DNA from: Syntrophobacterales bacterium
GTDB taxonomy: Bacteria > Desulfobacterota > Syntrophia > Syntrophales > UBA2210
Direction of reading: 5' to 3'
DNA: 64,000 bases
Assembly: GCA_018433345.1 (NCBI GenBank)
Contig: JAHDRK010000007.1
Span: 20,135 to 84,134, forward strand
Part shown: positions 28,148 through 39,801 of the stretch, one piece after another
Numbering within the stretch: the first letter of the stretch is position 1
Layout of the letters: each line of letters begins with the position of its first letter
The notes under the pieces: generated by a model
What the model was told of the DNA's origin: nothing
The model's input: the letters and a program-made list of their open reading frames with translations, nothing else
Database searches by the model: none
Made by a program: the position numbers and the translations under genes

Positions 28148-30123
28148 TGGGGAATGGGGAACGGACTTATATAGGGACACCTATGAATTCAGATGATTTC
28201 AAAATAGAAGACAGAATAACCCCCTCCGAGCTGAAGGAAAAGGGTGCGGCCCACGTCCTCGACAAGGTGCGGAAGGCGGATGGATATTACGTTACCAATA
28301 CGGAAAGGGATCTCTCCCAGTCTGACTTCAAAAACCGTATCATGCCCCACACGCAGTTACTGGTGTCTTGGGAGCGGAACGATTCCGGTTTTTTCTCGCT
28401 GGAGATAACCGGTGGAGCTTCGATTCACGTGGACATGCTCCGTAAACAGATAAATCCCTTGGAAAAACTGGAAATTCTCAGCAGTGTCATGCCCGACATC
28501 ATGTTTCAGACCCTATGCCGAGGGATCAATCTTTTCGGCTACAGACCCTATCCGGACAACGTAGTTCGGCTTACCGTGGAGAGTTTCGCCCGCTACGTCC
28601 ACGTGTGGAGGGTATTCGATTTCCTCAATTACATCCCCAACATGGTCGCGGTTTTCGAAAGCGTGAAGAATTCAGGCAGGATCCTCGAGCCTTCCATATG
28701 CTTTTCCACGGGACCGGAGCACACCGATGAATTCTATGTAAGGAAAGTTCGGGAAATAATAGATGTAACCGGCGAAGATATAATACTATGCATCAAGAAC
28801 CACGGTGGGCTGGGAACTCCCAAGCGCATAGGCGACCTGGTGAAGGCGATTCTCGATGTCTTTCCGGAACTGATCATACACTACCATGGTCACAATACGG
28901 ACGGTAACGATACGGGACGGATAGTGGCGGCGGTCGCCAACGGCGCCAAGATAGTAGACGCCTCGGATCACGCCATGACCGGTTTTTATGGGCCGCCCCC
29001 TTTGCTTACAGTTGTGGACACTCTCGAAGATTACGGCTATAAAGCGGTAGGTCTTGACCGCCGGAGACTGGTGGATACCTCGAACCGGCTTCGTTCGGAA
29101 CGGAAGCACTACAAGGACTTCGAATCCCAGTTCTTCGGGTTCGATCCCACGGTACAGACGCACAAACTCCCGGGAGGGGCGACGGGTTCCAGTTTCGAAC
29201 AGGCGGTAAAGGGCGGTTTTATCGACAAGATGCCTGAGATTCTCCAGGATGAACTTCCCAAGGTCCAGAAAGAGCTTGGAAACTGGTGGAGTGTCACCCC
29301 CGGCTCACAGATCCTGTGGACAACGGCGGTAAGCAACGTCCTTGAAGGAAAGCGCTACAAAAAGGCGAACGACGACCTGAAAAACCTGATGCTTGGACGA
29401 TATGGCGAGCTTCCTTTCTATTGGCCCTCCGATGAGATATACGAAGCGGTTTTCGGTCTCGAATGGAAATCGATCGTCGAGAAAGAAAGGGGTTACCAGC
29501 ATATTCCCGACATAGACATCGATATTGAACGGCGGGTTCTCGAAAAACGTCTGGAGCGACCGGCAACGGACGATGAATTGGTGTTGTATCTGCAGCACCC
29601 CAACGACGCCGTGGGTTTTTTCAAGTTCGAAGAGCGGTTCGGCAAGACATGGGTTCTGCCCCCTTATATATGGTTCAAAAAAGGCGGTTACAACCTGGGT
29701 GACGTCTTTGAGTTTTCAGATTATTACGGCAAGGACCACGTCGTTGAGATCGGTCCCATGCGGAGAACGAAATCGGGTGACGCGATAACGTACCTGGTTA
29801 TCGATCACCATCCGGAACCGATTCTGACGGAACTTGATCATGAAGGTGAAAAGATCGAGAGAAAACATGTGCTGACGGCGAAGGAGATAGAGAAACTAGC
29901 CCTGGCGGGCGACGTTCGTTCGCCGCTCAAGGGTGTTGTCAACGCCGTGCCGGTAAATGAAGGGGACGACGTGTCGGCCGGAGAGGTCCTGGCGGTACTG
30001 GAAGCCATGAAAATGCTAAATAACGTGGAATCAAAAATCAATGGAAAAGTGACTGAAATTTTGGTAGCACCAGGAGACGAGGTCGAAATAGGAGACCCTC
30101 TCGTGACGGTGGAACAGAAGTGA
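28147..30123 (+). CDS. carboxyltransferase + biotinyl-carrier subunit (PycB/OadA-alpha-like, divergent)
   Basis: HMGL-like/5S carboxyltransferase motifs RDLSQS, CRGINLFGY, HYHGHNTDG and VTPGSQI. C-terminal biotinyl domain VLEAMKMLN. The KDMAG motif reads KNHGG. Confidence 0.85.
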   Translation: MGNGERTYIGTPMNSDDFKIEDRITPSELKEKGAAHVLDKVRKADGYYVTNTERDLSQSDFKNRIMPHTQLLVSWERNDSGFFSLEITGGASIHVDMLRKQINPLEKLEILSSVMPDIMFQTLCRGINLFGYRPYPDNVVRLTVESFARYVHVWRVFDFLNYIPNMVAVFESVKNSGRILEPSICFSTGPEHTDEFYVRKVREIIDVTGEDIILCIKNHGGLGTPKRIGDLVKAILDVFPELIIHYHGHNTDGNDTGRIVAAVANGAKIVDASDHAMTGFYGPPPLLTVVDTLEDYGYKAVGLDRRRLVDTSNRLRSERKHYKDFESQFFGFDPTVQTHKLPGGATGSSFEQAVKGGFIDKMPEILQDELPKVQKELGNWWSVTPGSQILWTTAVSNVLEGKRYKKANDDLKNLMLGRYGELPFYWPSDEIYEAVFGLEWKSIVEKERGYQHIPDIDIDIERRVLEKRLERPATDDELVLYLQHPNDAVGFFKFEERFGKTWVLPPYIWFKKGGYNLGDVFEFSDYYGKDHVVEIGPMRRTKSGDAITYLVIDHHPEPILTELDHEGEKIERKHVLTAKEIEKLALAGDVRSPLKGVVNAVPVNEGDDVSAGEVLAVLEAMKMLNNVESKINGKVTEILVAPGDEVEIGDPLVTVEQK

Positions 30124-30313
30124 AAGTTGTAAACGCCTGGTTTCGAGGGTGACAAGCAACCGACGACGGTCATGAATGAATGATTGTTTGACTCTTTTTC
30201 CTCGAATCACCTCAATGTATGTCAGGCGGAACCGGAGGCGGCGGGTTGTCGGCGCAATGGGTCGGTGCCTGCTGTCATATTGCTGATTCAAGACATACAG
30301 AAAGGAAGGGAAA

Positions 30314-31219
30314 ATGAAAAGAGGTCAGGTCACCTTTTTGATTATCCCCGGGGGAGAGCACAAAGTACGTGAACTAAAACTATCCGCTTCTTTCATTGTC
30401 TTAATTTTTTGCTTGTTTCTGGGCGGTCTGGCCGCCACGGCATTTTTGGCGTCCGAATACCGGGAGCACCGAACGCACTTAGGTATACTTGCCGAACTGG
30501 AGGAGAAAAACAGGGTCCAGGAGGAAGATCTCCTGCTTCTCATGGACAAGGTCGCCCGCTTCGAGGAGCGCATCGCCCGGCTGAACGATTTTGAAAGGAA
30601 GATACGGATAATTTCCAACCTCGATGTGTCCGAAGAAGATGGGAGTCTGTTCGGCGTGGGAGGGTCGGCATCGGAGGAGGAAAGCACCGAATCGCGGCTC
30701 GAGGCCGCCGGACGAAGTCTTATCGACGAGATGCACAGAGACGTTGATATCCTTCTGCAGGAGTCGTCGGCGAGGGAGCGGAGCTTTCGTGAACTGGTCG
30801 AGTACCTGAAGACACAGAAATCGGAACTTGCCCGAACGCCCTCTATCTGGCCCGTTATAGGATGGGTCACTTCCGAGTTCGGCAATCGAAAATCACCCTT
30901 TACCGGGAAAAGAGAGCATCATAACGGTATCGACATCGCCACCCGGCACGGAAAGGATATCGTCGCTCCGGCCGATGGTGTGGTATCGAAAGTCGAGCAA
31001 GACCGGTTCATGGGGAAACTTATCTGGATCGACCATGGTTACGGAGTCAAGACTATCTATGGACACCTCCATGAACAGTCGGTGAAAGCGGGCCAGGACG
31101 TCGAGAGGGGGGAGGTGATCGGCCGCGTGGGGAGCACGGGCCGAAGCACGGGACCGCATCTTCACTACGGTGTAATGGTCGACGGCGAATATGTGAATCC
31201 GAGGCGATACCTTTTCTAA
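30314..31219 (+). CDS. M23 family metallopeptidase (LytM domain) with N-terminal TM and coiled coil
   Basis: HNGIDIA...GHL...GSTGRSTGPHLHYGV are the LytM motifs. Confidence 0.85.
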   Translation: MKRGQVTFLIIPGGEHKVRELKLSASFIVLIFCLFLGGLAATAFLASEYREHRTHLGILAELEEKNRVQEEDLLLLMDKVARFEERIARLNDFERKIRIISNLDVSEEDGSLFGVGGSASEEESTESRLEAAGRSLIDEMHRDVDILLQESSARERSFRELVEYLKTQKSELARTPSIWPVIGWVTSEFGNRKSPFTGKREHHNGIDIATRHGKDIVAPADGVVSKVEQDRFMGKLIWIDHGYGVKTIYGHLHEQSVKAGQDVERGEVIGRVGSTGRSTGPHLHYGVMVDGEYVNPRRYLF

Positions 31220-31272
31220 CATATGTTTTATGTAACAAGGGGGATAAGTCACTTCGCGCCCGGTTGATTAAT

Positions 31273-31302
31273 CCCGGTTCGTATCGAGACCGGGTTTTTT
31301 TT
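31273..31302 (+). terminator. rho-independent terminator
   Basis: CCCGGT-N10-ACCGGG followed by T8. Confidence 0.75.
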
Positions 31303-31313
31303 ATGGAGAGTAA

Positions 31314-33842
31314 ATGTTTCAATACGTTCTAAGAAAAATAATAGGAACCAAAAATGATCGAGAGCTGAAGCGCCTTTCGCACTTCGTGGCCGAGATCAAC
31401 GAATATGAGTCGGCTCTCCGGGCTCTCTCCGATGATGATCTGAAGGCGAAGACGCCTTACTTCAAGGAAATGCTGGACGGGGGAGCGGAACTCGACGACA
31501 TCCTGCCGGAGGCCTTCGCCGTGGTTCGCGAGGTTTCTCGAAGAACACTGGGCATGCGTCCCTTCGACGTACAGCTCATGGGAGGCATCGTGCTTCACGA
31601 GGGAAACATAGCGGAAATGAAGACCGGTGAAGGGAAAACACTGGCCGCCACCATGCCGCTCTATCTCAACGCCCTTACCGGCCGCGGCGCCCACGTGGTC
31701 ACCGTAAACGATTACCTCGCCCGTCGCGACGCTGAATGGATGGGTCCCATATATAACTTTTTGGGACTTTCAGTGGGAACGATCGTTCACGGCATGGATG
31801 ACGGCGAACGACGCGCGGCGTACCACTGCGACATTACCTACGGGACCAACAACGAATTTGGTTTCGATTATCTGCGGGACAACATGAAGTTCACCCTCGA
31901 CGATTACGTGCAACGCGATTTCCATTACGCCATAGTCGATGAGGTGGACAGTATTCTCATCGACGAGGCGAGAACGCCGCTCATCATCTCGGGGCCGAGC
32001 GAAGAGTCCACCGACAAGTATGCCCGCATCAACCGGATAATTCCAAGCCTCAGGAAAGACGAGGATTACTCCGTGGACGAAAAGAGCCGTACCGTGGTTC
32101 TCACGGAAGAAGGCGTGGCCAAGGTGGAAAAATTGCTAAACGTTCAGAATCTCTACGACCCCCGGAACATAGACATCCTGCATCATGTCAACCAGGCCCT
32201 GAAGGCGCACACCCTCTTCAGGCGTGACGTGGACTATCTGGTGCAGGACGGCAAGGTGGTCATCGTTGATGAATTCACGGGGAGGGTGATGCCGGGTCGT
32301 CGTTACAGCGACGGGTTGCACCAAGCCCTGGAGGCAAAGGAGAACGTCAAGATCGAGCGCGAGAACCAGACCTACGCCTCGATCACCTTCCAGAATTACT
32401 TCAGGATGTACGAGAAACTTGCGGGCATGACCGGCACGGCCGACACGGAAGCGGTGGAATTCAAAAAAATATATGACCTGGATGTCGTTATCATCCCCAC
32501 GAACAAGCCCATGATCCGCATAGATTATCCCGACGTCATCTATAAAACGGAACGGGAAAAATTTGACGCCATAGTGGAAGAAATAAGGGGGTTGCACGAG
32601 ATCGGCAGGCCGGTCCTGGTGGGAACCATTTCCATCGAGAAATCGGAACTATTGAGCAAGTACCTGAAAAAATACGGTATCAAGCACAACGTTCTCAACG
32701 CGAAAAACCACGCGCGAGAGGCGGAGATAATAGCAGAGGCGGGTCAGCGGGGCGCGGTGACGATATCCACGAACATGGCCGGCCGGGGAACGGACATAAA
32801 ACTGGGCGAGGGCGTCGCCGATCTGGGCGGGCTGCACATCCTGGGAACGGAACGCCACGAAAGCCGGAGGATCGACAACCAATTGCGCGGACGATCGGGT
32901 CGCCAGGGAGACAAGGGATCATCCCGGTTTTACCTTTCGCTCGAGGACGACCTGCTGAGGATATTCGGGGCCGACAGGATCTCATCGCTCATGGACCGCA
33001 TCGGCGTGAAAGAGGGCGAACCCATCGAGCACAATCTCATATCGAAGGCGATCGAGAACGCCCAGAAGCGCGTGGAAGGTCAAAACTTCGATATACGGAA
33101 ACACCTGCTCCAATTTGACGACGTCATGAATCGTCAGCGGGAGGTCGTATACAAGCAGCGGCGTGACATCCTGGCGGGGAAGGATCTTTGGAAAACGATC
33201 AACGAAATCGTGGAGGAACTGTCTGAAGACATCGTCCTGGAGTTTATGGGGGAAAAACAGCATTTCGACGAGTGGAACCTTAAAGGCCTCGACGACATGG
33301 TTTTCAAGCAATTCGCCATTCGTCTCGGATTCGCCGAAAGAGACAGGAGCACGCTGAACCGGGAGGACGTGGCCGACGAAATCATCGAGGCGGTGAAGAA
33401 TCTCTTCAAAAGGAAGGAAGAAGATTTCGGCAAGGAGATCATGGAGTACATAGCCAGGATGATAATGCTCCAATCCCTTGACAGCCACTGGAAAGATCAC
33501 CTTCTCGCCATGGATCACCTCAAGGAAGGCATCGGCCTACGGGGATACGCCCAGAAAGACCCCTTCAGAGAATACCAAAGGGAGGGGTACGACATGTTCA
33601 TGGACATGGTGACCCGGGTCAAGCAAAGTTCCATTGAAAAGCTTTGCCTGGTCCAGGTTCGCCGTGAAGAGCAAGTGAGCGAGATGGAGATGAAACGCGA
33701 GCGCGAGTACGTAATGAGCCGGGGTGACCACGACGCCAAGGCCAAGACGGTTCGCCGCGAGAAACAAAAGATAGGCAGAAACGACCCCTGTCCATGCGGC
33801 AGCGGAAAAAAATACAAGCGTTGTTGTGGTATGAAGGCCTGA
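31314..33842 (+). CDS. secA: preprotein translocase ATPase SecA
   Basis: 842 aa. MKTGEGKTL Walker [20 protein letters not shown], and C-terminal zinc finger [14 protein letters not shown]. Confidence 0.95.
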   Translation: MFQYVLRKIIGTKNDRELKRLSHFVAEINEYESALRALSDDDLKAKTPYFKEMLDGGAELDDILPEAFAVVREVSRRTLGMRPFDVQLMGGIVLHEGNIAEMKTGEGKTLAATMPLYLNALTGRGAHVVTVNDYLARRDAEWMGPIYNFLGLSVGTIVHGMDDGERRAAYHCDITYGTNNEFGFDYLRDNMKFTLDDYVQRDFHYAIVDEVDSILIDEARTPLIISGPSEESTDKYARINRIIPSLRKDEDYSVDEKSRTVVLTEEGVAKVEKLLNVQNLYDPRNIDILHHVNQALKAHTLFRRDVDYLVQDGKVVIVDEFTGRVMPGRRYSDGLHQALEAKENVKIERENQTYASITFQNYFRMYEKLAGMTGTADTEAVEFKKIYDLDVVIIPTNKPMIRIDYPDVIYKTEREKFDAIVEEIRGLHEIGRPVLVGTISIEKSELLSKYLKKYGIKHNVLNAKNHAREAEIIAEAGQRGAVTISTNMAGRGTDIKLGEGVADLGGLHILGTERHESRRIDNQLRGRSGRQGDKGSSRFYLSLEDDLLRIFGADRISSLMDRIGVKEGEPIEHNLISKAIENAQKRVEGQNFDIRKHLLQFDDVMNRQREVVYKQRRDILAGKDLWKTINEIVEELSEDIVLEFMGEKQHFDEWNLKGLDDMVFKQFAIRLGFAERDRSTLNREDVADEIIEAVKNLFKRKEEDFGKEIMEYIARMIMLQSLDSHWKDHLLAMDHLKEGIGLRGYAQKDPFREYQREGYDMFMDMVTRVKQSSIEKLCLVQVRREEQVSEMEMKREREYVMSRGDHDAKAKTVRREKQKIGRNDPCPCGSGKKYKRCCGMKA

Positions 33843-33880
33843 GCCGGTATCTTCGGCTTTCTTCGAAGAGGGAGCGACAG

Positions 33881-35083
33881 ATGATCGACAGTAACATGGA
33901 AAAACTTTGCGTACCCGGTTTCCGCGCCGGTGGAGTCGCTTCGGGCATAAAGAACGGCGGAAAAAAGGACCTGGCTCTTATCGCGGCGGACGAACCGGCC
34001 GTTGCGGCAGGCATCTTTACTACGAACAGCTTCAAGGCGGCACCGGTTCTTCATGGAATACGACAAATTAAATCCCACAAGGTTCAGGCGGTCATGATCA
34101 ACAGCGGATGCGCGAACGCTGCCACCGGTGATGAAGGTATGGTCGATGCCGAAAGGATGGCCGCCATAGCGGCCGGGAACCTGGCCATTGACAAAAGGCT
34201 GGTCATGATCGCCTCCACGGGGAGTATCGGCAGTCGTCTTCCCATCGGCAGGATCGAAGAGGGGACGCCGGGATTGGTCGAAAGCCTTTCCCCTGACGGT
34301 ATCGAGGCGGCCGCGGAAGCCATCATGACGACTGACCGATACCCGAAGATCGCGGCGCGCCGCGTTTCAATAGGTGGGAAGGATGTAACCCTCTGCGGCA
34401 TCGCCAAGGGCGCCGGCATGATCGAACCCCACATGGCGACTATGCTGGCCTTTTTCATGACCGATGCCTCGGTGGAAAGCGATTGCCTGCGCCGGCTCTT
34501 CAAAAAGTCCATGGACCAGAGTTTTAACGCCATAACCGTCGACGGATGCATGTCGACCAACGACATGGCCCTGATCCTTGCGGGGGGGAAGGCGGGGAAC
34601 CGTCCCATTCGTCGGCATACCCCGGAAAGCGCGATCTTCCTCGAAGCCCTCCTTGAAATCTCTATCTCGTTGTCCGCCATGATCGTGCGCGACGGCGAGG
34701 GGGCGACAAAACTTATCGACATTATTGTGGAAGGCGCCAGGACCAGGAATGAGGCGAAGCGGATCGCCTATGCCGTGGGGCGCTCCAGCCTGGTAAAGAC
34801 GGCCTTTTACGGCGGCGATCCAAACTGGGGACGGATCATATCGGCGGCGGGGGCGATCGGTATCCCCATTCCTCCCCACGAAACGGAACTGTACTTTGAC
34901 GGCGAGCCCTTGTTTCGCGGGGGAAGGGGAGTCGCCGGCAACGAAGAAAAAATAGCCGCCATCATGAAAAAGGACACGATCAGTGTCCTGATAAAGCTCG
35001 ATATGGGTACGGCGAAGGCCCGGGTGTTCGCCTCGGACCTGACACACGACTATATCGACATAAACGCCCATTACCATACGTGA
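33881..35083 (+). CDS. argJ: bifunctional ornithine acetyltransferase / N-acetylglutamate synthase
   Basis: GFRAGGVASGIK, autoprocessing site ATMLAF, and C-terminal YIDINAHYHT. Confidence 0.9.
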   Translation: MIDSNMEKLCVPGFRAGGVASGIKNGGKKDLALIAADEPAVAAGIFTTNSFKAAPVLHGIRQIKSHKVQAVMINSGCANAATGDEGMVDAERMAAIAAGNLAIDKRLVMIASTGSIGSRLPIGRIEEGTPGLVESLSPDGIEAAAEAIMTTDRYPKIAARRVSIGGKDVTLCGIAKGAGMIEPHMATMLAFFMTDASVESDCLRRLFKKSMDQSFNAITVDGCMSTNDMALILAGGKAGNRPIRRHTPESAIFLEALLEISISLSAMIVRDGEGATKLIDIIVEGARTRNEAKRIAYAVGRSSLVKTAFYGGDPNWGRIISAAGAIGIPIPPHETELYFDGEPLFRGGRGVAGNEEKIAAIMKKDTISVLIKLDMGTAKARVFASDLTHDYIDINAHYHT

Positions 35084-35103
35084 AGCCGATAGAGGGCGGA
35101 GAG

Positions 35104-35131
35104 AGCCGGGTTTCGAGTCGGCTTTTCATTT
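35104..35131 (+). terminator. weak candidate terminator after argJ
   Basis: AGCCG-N10-CGGCT followed by TTTCATTTT. Short stem. Confidence 0.3.
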
Positions 35132-35329
35132 TCCGTGCGGTCCGCCGGTCCACAGGTCAACGTTTTATCTTGATTATTCCGGATCTCTGTGGTAGTTCCC
35201 TCCAACTTACGGAATAGCGAAAAACGCACATCTTCCGAAGCGCCCGGCGTTGCCCCGAACCGCGGAAAGTGACAGGGTTCCCGGCGCCGAAGACGAAGGT
35301 GGAGGACGAAAAACGAAAGGAGAATCACA

Positions 35330-36181
35330 GTGCCACAAGTATCAATGAAAATGCTTCTTGAGTCGGGCGTCCACTTCGGACACCAGACCAACCGATGGAA
35401 CCCGAAGATGAAACCCTATATCTTCGGGGCGCGAAACGGCATCTATATCGTAGATCTTCAACAGACCGTTCAGCTTTTTGAAGAGGCCTACAATTTCATC
35501 GTGGAAACAGTCGCCGAAGGCAAAGATGTCCTTTTTGTCGGCACAAAACGGCAGGCCCAGGAATCGATCAAAACGGAAGCCGAGCGCTGCGGTATGCCTT
35601 ACGTCAATCAGCGCTGGCTCGGCGGTATGCTCACGAACTTTGTGACGATAAAGAAGAGTATCGACCGGCTGAAAAAGATCGACGAGATGTTCGAAGACGA
35701 AACCATCAATTCCTTTCCCAAAAAAGAGATCATGAAGCTCCAAAAGGAGCGCGAGAAACTTCAGAAGCTGCTGGGCGGCATCCGCGAAATGGAGAGGCTC
35801 CCGGGAGCGGTGTTTATTATTGATCCCAAGAGGGAACTGATCGCCGTAAAAGAGGCCCGACGGCTGGAAATTCCCGTGGTGGCCATTGCCGACACCAACT
35901 GCGATCCCGATGACATCGATTACATAATCCCCGGTAACGATGACGCCATAAGGGCCATCAAGCTTTTCGCGTCGAAGATAGCCGACGCCGTGGAAGAGGG
36001 CAAACGGCGGTTCGAAGAAAGAATCCAGGCGGAAAGTGACAAGGAAGATGTCGAGGAAGAGGTCGATGTCCCCGAAAGCGTCGAGTCGAAGGGATATGAG
36101 GAACCGGCGGAAATGGTCGATGACAGGGACGGCGAGGAGGCGGCGGAAGAAGAATCATCCGAGGAGGTAACTGTACATTGA
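35330..36181 (+). CDS. rpsB: 30S ribosomal protein S2
   Basis: [27 protein letters not shown] start with AAGGAG upstream. Acidic C-terminal tail. Confidence 0.92.
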   Translation: MPQVSMKMLLESGVHFGHQTNRWNPKMKPYIFGARNGIYIVDLQQTVQLFEEAYNFIVETVAEGKDVLFVGTKRQAQESIKTEAERCGMPYVNQRWLGGMLTNFVTIKKSIDRLKKIDEMFEDETINSFPKKEIMKLQKEREKLQKLLGGIREMERLPGAVFIIDPKRELIAVKEARRLEIPVVAIADTNCDPDDIDYIIPGNDDAIRAIKLFASKIADAVEEGKRRFEERIQAESDKEDVEEEVDVPESVESKGYEEPAEMVDDRDGEEAAEEESSEEVTVH

Positions 36182-36780
36182 ATATCTCAGCAGCGCAGGT
36201 AAAGGAGCTAAGAGACAAGACGAACGCCGGAATGATGGACTGCAAGGAGGCCCTCCTGGCATCGGGCGGCGATTTCGAGAAGGCGGTAGAGTATCTTCGT
36301 AAAAAGGGGCTTTCGGCGGCGACGAAGCGGTCGTCCCGCGCGGCCAAGGAAGGGACCATCGCGTCCTATGTCCACATGGAAGGTAAAATAGGAGTCCTGG
36401 TGGAGGTAAACTGTGAGACGGATTTCGTAGCGAGGACCGACCGGTTCAAGACCGTGGCAAGGGACCTGGCGATGCAGATCGCCGCCGCGAATCCAAAGTA
36501 TGTGAAAGCCGAGGACATCCCCGAAGAGGAATTGAACAGGGAAAAGTCGATCTACAAGGAACAGGCGCTCGCGGAGGGCAAACCCGAAAAGATTATCGAC
36601 AAGATCGTGGAAGGCAAGCTGAAGAAATATTACGAGGAAGTCTGTCTCCTGGACCAGAGATTCATCAAGGATACGGACATCACCGTCCGTGACCTTGTGA
36701 ACAACCTGATCGCAGCCTCCGGCGAGAATGTAATGGTAAGGCGTTTCGCGAGGTTCCAGTTGGGAGAGGACCAGGAGTAG
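36178..36780 (+). CDS. tsf: elongation factor Ts (short form)
   Basis: [27 protein letters not shown]-like N-terminus. TTG start overlapping the rpsB stop. Confidence 0.9.
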   Translation: MNISAAQVKELRDKTNAGMMDCKEALLASGGDFEKAVEYLRKKGLSAATKRSSRAAKEGTIASYVHMEGKIGVLVEVNCETDFVARTDRFKTVARDLAMQIAAANPKYVKAEDIPEEELNREKSIYKEQALAEGKPEKIIDKIVEGKLKKYYEEVCLLDQRFIKDTDITVRDLVNNLIAASGENVMVRRFARFQLGEDQE

Positions 36781-36810
36781 AGGTGAATACAACCTCATAG
36801 GGAGAGAGGC

Positions 36811-37536
36811 ATGGATCAGCCCGAATACGGAAGGATACTTCTGAAACTCAGCGGTGAAGCGCTCCTGGGAGATTCTTCCTTTGGAATCGATCCTAAGATG
36901 GTCGATTATATCGCCGGAGAGATAGCCTCGGTCCACGACATGCCTGTGGAAATGGGTGTGGTTGTCGGAGGCGGTAATATATACCGCGGAGTCGAAATGT
37001 CATCCCGGGGAATTGACCGGGCCGCCGCCGATTACATGGGCATGCTTGCAACGGTGATGAACGGTATCGCCCTCCAGAACGCCTTCGAGAGACGGGGGAT
37101 CCAGTCAAGACTCCAGTCTTCCATCGAGATGACGAGGGTGGCCGAACCTTACGTAAGAGAGAGGGCGATAAAACACCTGGAGCTGGGGAGAATCGTCATA
37201 CTGGTTGGAGGAACCGGGAATCCGTATTTTACCACGGATACCGCCGCGGCGTTGCGGGCCCTCGAAATAAAGGCCCATGTCCTTCTGAAGGCGACGAAGG
37301 TGGACGGTGTGTACGACAAGGATCCCGCGACAAATGACGATGCAGTCATGTACGACAGGGTGACGTACACGGAGGCCCTTTCAAGGGATCTTCGGATCAT
37401 GGACGCCACCGCCATTTCGCTTTGCAGGGAGAATGATCTTCCCATAATCGTTTTCAATCTGAACAAAAAGGGCAATATAAGAAACGTGATATGCGGCGAA
37501 TCCATTGGAACGCGCGTGGGAGGTGAGAAGGTATGA
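36811..37536 (+). CDS. pyrH: UMP kinase
   Basis: [11 protein letters not shown] and GGGNIYRG motifs. Confidence 0.92.
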   Translation: MDQPEYGRILLKLSGEALLGDSSFGIDPKMVDYIAGEIASVHDMPVEMGVVVGGGNIYRGVEMSSRGIDRAAADYMGMLATVMNGIALQNAFERRGIQSRLQSSIEMTRVAEPYVRERAIKHLELGRIVILVGGTGNPYFTTDTAAALRALEIKAHVLLKATKVDGVYDKDPATNDDAVMYDRVTYTEALSRDLRIMDATAISLCRENDLPIIVFNLNKKGNIRNVICGESIGTRVGGEKV

Positions 37537-38090
37537 CGGAACTCATTCTCGAAGAATTAGAAGAAAATATGAAAAACAACATCGCCTTCTTTGAAAAATC
37601 ACTCAACCGGGTCCGAACCGGCAGGGCTTCTCTCTCCCTGCTTGACGGAATCAAGGTCGATTATTACGGTGCGCCGACGCCGCTCAATCAGCTTGCGACC
37701 CTTTCGATTCCCGACAGCCAGACCATCCTGATCTCGCCCTGGGACAAGACCGCCCTGGGAGCCGTCGAGAAAGGGATCCTGAAATCCGACCTGGGACTCA
37801 CGCCCTCCAACGATGGAAAGGTGATCCGCATCAATGTACCGCCCCTGACGGAGCAACGTCGCAAGGAGTTGGTCAAGGTCGTCAAGAAGATGGCGGAGGA
37901 TTGCAGAGTAAGCGTTCGAAACGCCCGCCGGGACGCGAACAATGAACTGAAGAAACTGAAAAACGACGGCGATATTTCGGAAGACGAATTTCATGCCAAG
38001 CAGGACGAGGTTCAAAAGATAACCGACGAGTACATCGAAAAAATAGACAAGATATTGGCGGCCAAGGAAGCGGAAATAATGGAAATATAG
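37533..38090 (+). CDS. frr: ribosome recycling factor
   Basis: 185 aa. [19 protein letters not shown]. Its start overlaps the pyrH stop by 4 nt. Confidence 0.92.
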   Translation: MTELILEELEENMKNNIAFFEKSLNRVRTGRASLSLLDGIKVDYYGAPTPLNQLATLSIPDSQTILISPWDKTALGAVEKGILKSDLGLTPSNDGKVIRINVPPLTEQRRKELVKVVKKMAEDCRVSVRNARRDANNELKKLKNDGDISEDEFHAKQDEVQKITDEYIEKIDKILAAKEAEIMEI

Positions 38091-38120
38091 TTATTTATGT
38101 GAGGGGAATATTGGACGAAA

Positions 38121-38143
38121 GGGAACGGGGGTTCCCTTTTTTT
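38121..38143 (+). terminator. rho-independent terminator after frr
   Basis: GGGAAC-GGGG-GTTCCC followed by T7. Confidence 0.75.
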
Positions 38144-38247
38144 GTGGTCTTGCGAAGAGGGGCTGCGAGAGCGGCAAAGATTCATTGAAATTCGAGCCGG
38201 GCTGTGGTACAGCCAAAAACCAATTATTTTATGAAGATACGAAACTA

Positions 38248-38985
38248 ATGAAAAACATTGACACTGAACGCCTGCCGCGTCATGTGGCCGTTATAATGGA
38301 CGGCAACGGCCGGTGGGCCAAGCGCAATGCGCTGAACCGCCTTACGGGTCACAAGAAGGGAGCCGAGGCCGTCCGGGCAACGGTCAGGGCGGCGCGGGAA
38401 ATAGGCATCCGGTACCTCACCCTTTACGCCTTTTCGGTGGAAAATTGGTCCCGTCCCAAGGAAGAAATCGACGCCCTCATGAGACTTCTCGAGGATTACC
38501 TCCGTTCCGAGTTGAAAGAGTTGATGGACAACGGCATTCGGCTCAAAGCGATAGGTGATATCGCGGCTTTGCCGGAAAGGGTTCGGTCCGTTCTGGCCGA
38601 AACCGTTGAAAAGACGTCGGGAAACGATGACATGGTACTCACCCTGGCGCTTAGTTACGGCGGTCGGGACGAGATCGTGGAAGTGGCGAGAAGGGTGGCC
38701 ATTGATTGCGTCTCGGGGAAATTGAATCCAAGGGACATAAACCGGGAATCCATAGCCGAAAGGCTTTACACCGCCGGCATGCCTGATCCCGACCTTCTCA
38801 TTCGTACCAGCGGGGAGTGCCGTATCAGCAATTTTCTTTTATGGCAGTTGGCCTACACGGAACTGTATTTCGTGGATGTACTTTGGCCTGATTTTTCAAG
38901 GGAAACCTTCATAGAGGCGATTCTTGATTACCAAAGGCGTGAACGACGCTTCGGGATGACCAGCGACCAGCTCGCGAGGACGTGA
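38248..38985 (+). CDS. uppS: undecaprenyl diphosphate synthase (isoprenyl transferase)
   Basis: PRHVAVIMDGNGRWA, ENWSRP and RTSGE.RISNFLLWQ motifs. The ATG at 38248 was chosen. Confidence 0.9.
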   Translation: MKNIDTERLPRHVAVIMDGNGRWAKRNALNRLTGHKKGAEAVRATVRAAREIGIRYLTLYAFSVENWSRPKEEIDALMRLLEDYLRSELKELMDNGIRLKAIGDIAALPERVRSVLAETVEKTSGNDDMVLTLALSYGGRDEIVEVARRVAIDCVSGKLNPRDINRESIAERLYTAGMPDPDLLIRTSGECRISNFLLWQLAYTELYFVDVLWPDFSRETFIEAILDYQRRERRFGMTSDQLART

Positions 38986-38991
38986 ATTTTT

Positions 38992-39801
38992 ATGAACACG
39001 CACATTCAACGATGGATGACGGCCGCGGTCGCCGTTCCATTGCTTCTGCTAATAATAGGTTTTGGCTCGGAGACGGTTTTCGCCTTGTTCATAATAGTGG
39101 TCGTCCTTGCCGCCATGGTGGAATATAACAGCCTGGTTTTTGAAAAGGGACGCCGAATGGAGCGGGCGGTCACGCTCATCGCCTCCTTTTTCGTGTTGAC
39201 GGCGGCCTTCACGGGCGGTCCGCCTTTTGTCCTGGCCACGCTTACCTTCGTCATTCCGGGTCTTTTCTCCCTTTCGTTGCTCAGACCCGAAAAAGTGGTG
39301 TCTGATCTGAAAACGATCAAGGACATCTTTTTCGGCCTTTTTTTCATTTCGGTCATGATATCGCATTTTATTCTCATCCGTGGGGACGACAGGGGGGTGG
39401 CGTGGGTGTTTTTCATAATTGTCATGGCCTTTTCCAGCGACGTGGCCGCCTATTATATCGGGCGGACGCTGGGTCGTCGTAAACTGGTTCCATCTGTGAG
39501 CGTCGGCAAGACCGTGGAGGGCGCCGTCGGTGGAATGGCCGGCTGTATCGCGGGATGCACCCTGTATGTTTTCATGTTCCTGCCCGATGTGGGGCCGGGT
39601 CACGCCGTTGTCATGGGGTTCCTGGGAAGCGTCTTCGGCATGATCGGAGATCTTTCGGAGTCCATTATCAAGCGGGCATCCAGGGCGAAAGACTCGGGCT
39701 CGCTGTTGCCCGGACACGGAGGTGTCCTGGATCGCCTCGATTCGTTCATCTTCATGGCGCCTTTCGTATACTACTACAAGCTGTTTGTGGCGATACCATG
39801 A
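38992..39801 (+). CDS. cdsA: phosphatidate cytidylyltransferase
   Basis: Polytopic protein. C-terminal SIIKRASRAKDSGSLLPGHGGVLDRLDS signature. Confidence 0.85.
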   Translation: MNTHIQRWMTAAVAVPLLLLIIGFGSETVFALFIIVVVLAAMVEYNSLVFEKGRRMERAVTLIASFFVLTAAFTGGPPFVLATLTFVIPGLFSLSLLRPEKVVSDLKTIKDIFFGLFFISVMISHFILIRGDDRGVAWVFFIIVMAFSSDVAAYYIGRTLGRRKLVPSVSVGKTVEGAVGGMAGCIAGCTLYVFMFLPDVGPGHAVVMGFLGSVFGMIGDLSESIIKRASRAKDSGSLLPGHGGVLDRLDSFIFMAPFVYYYKLFVAIP

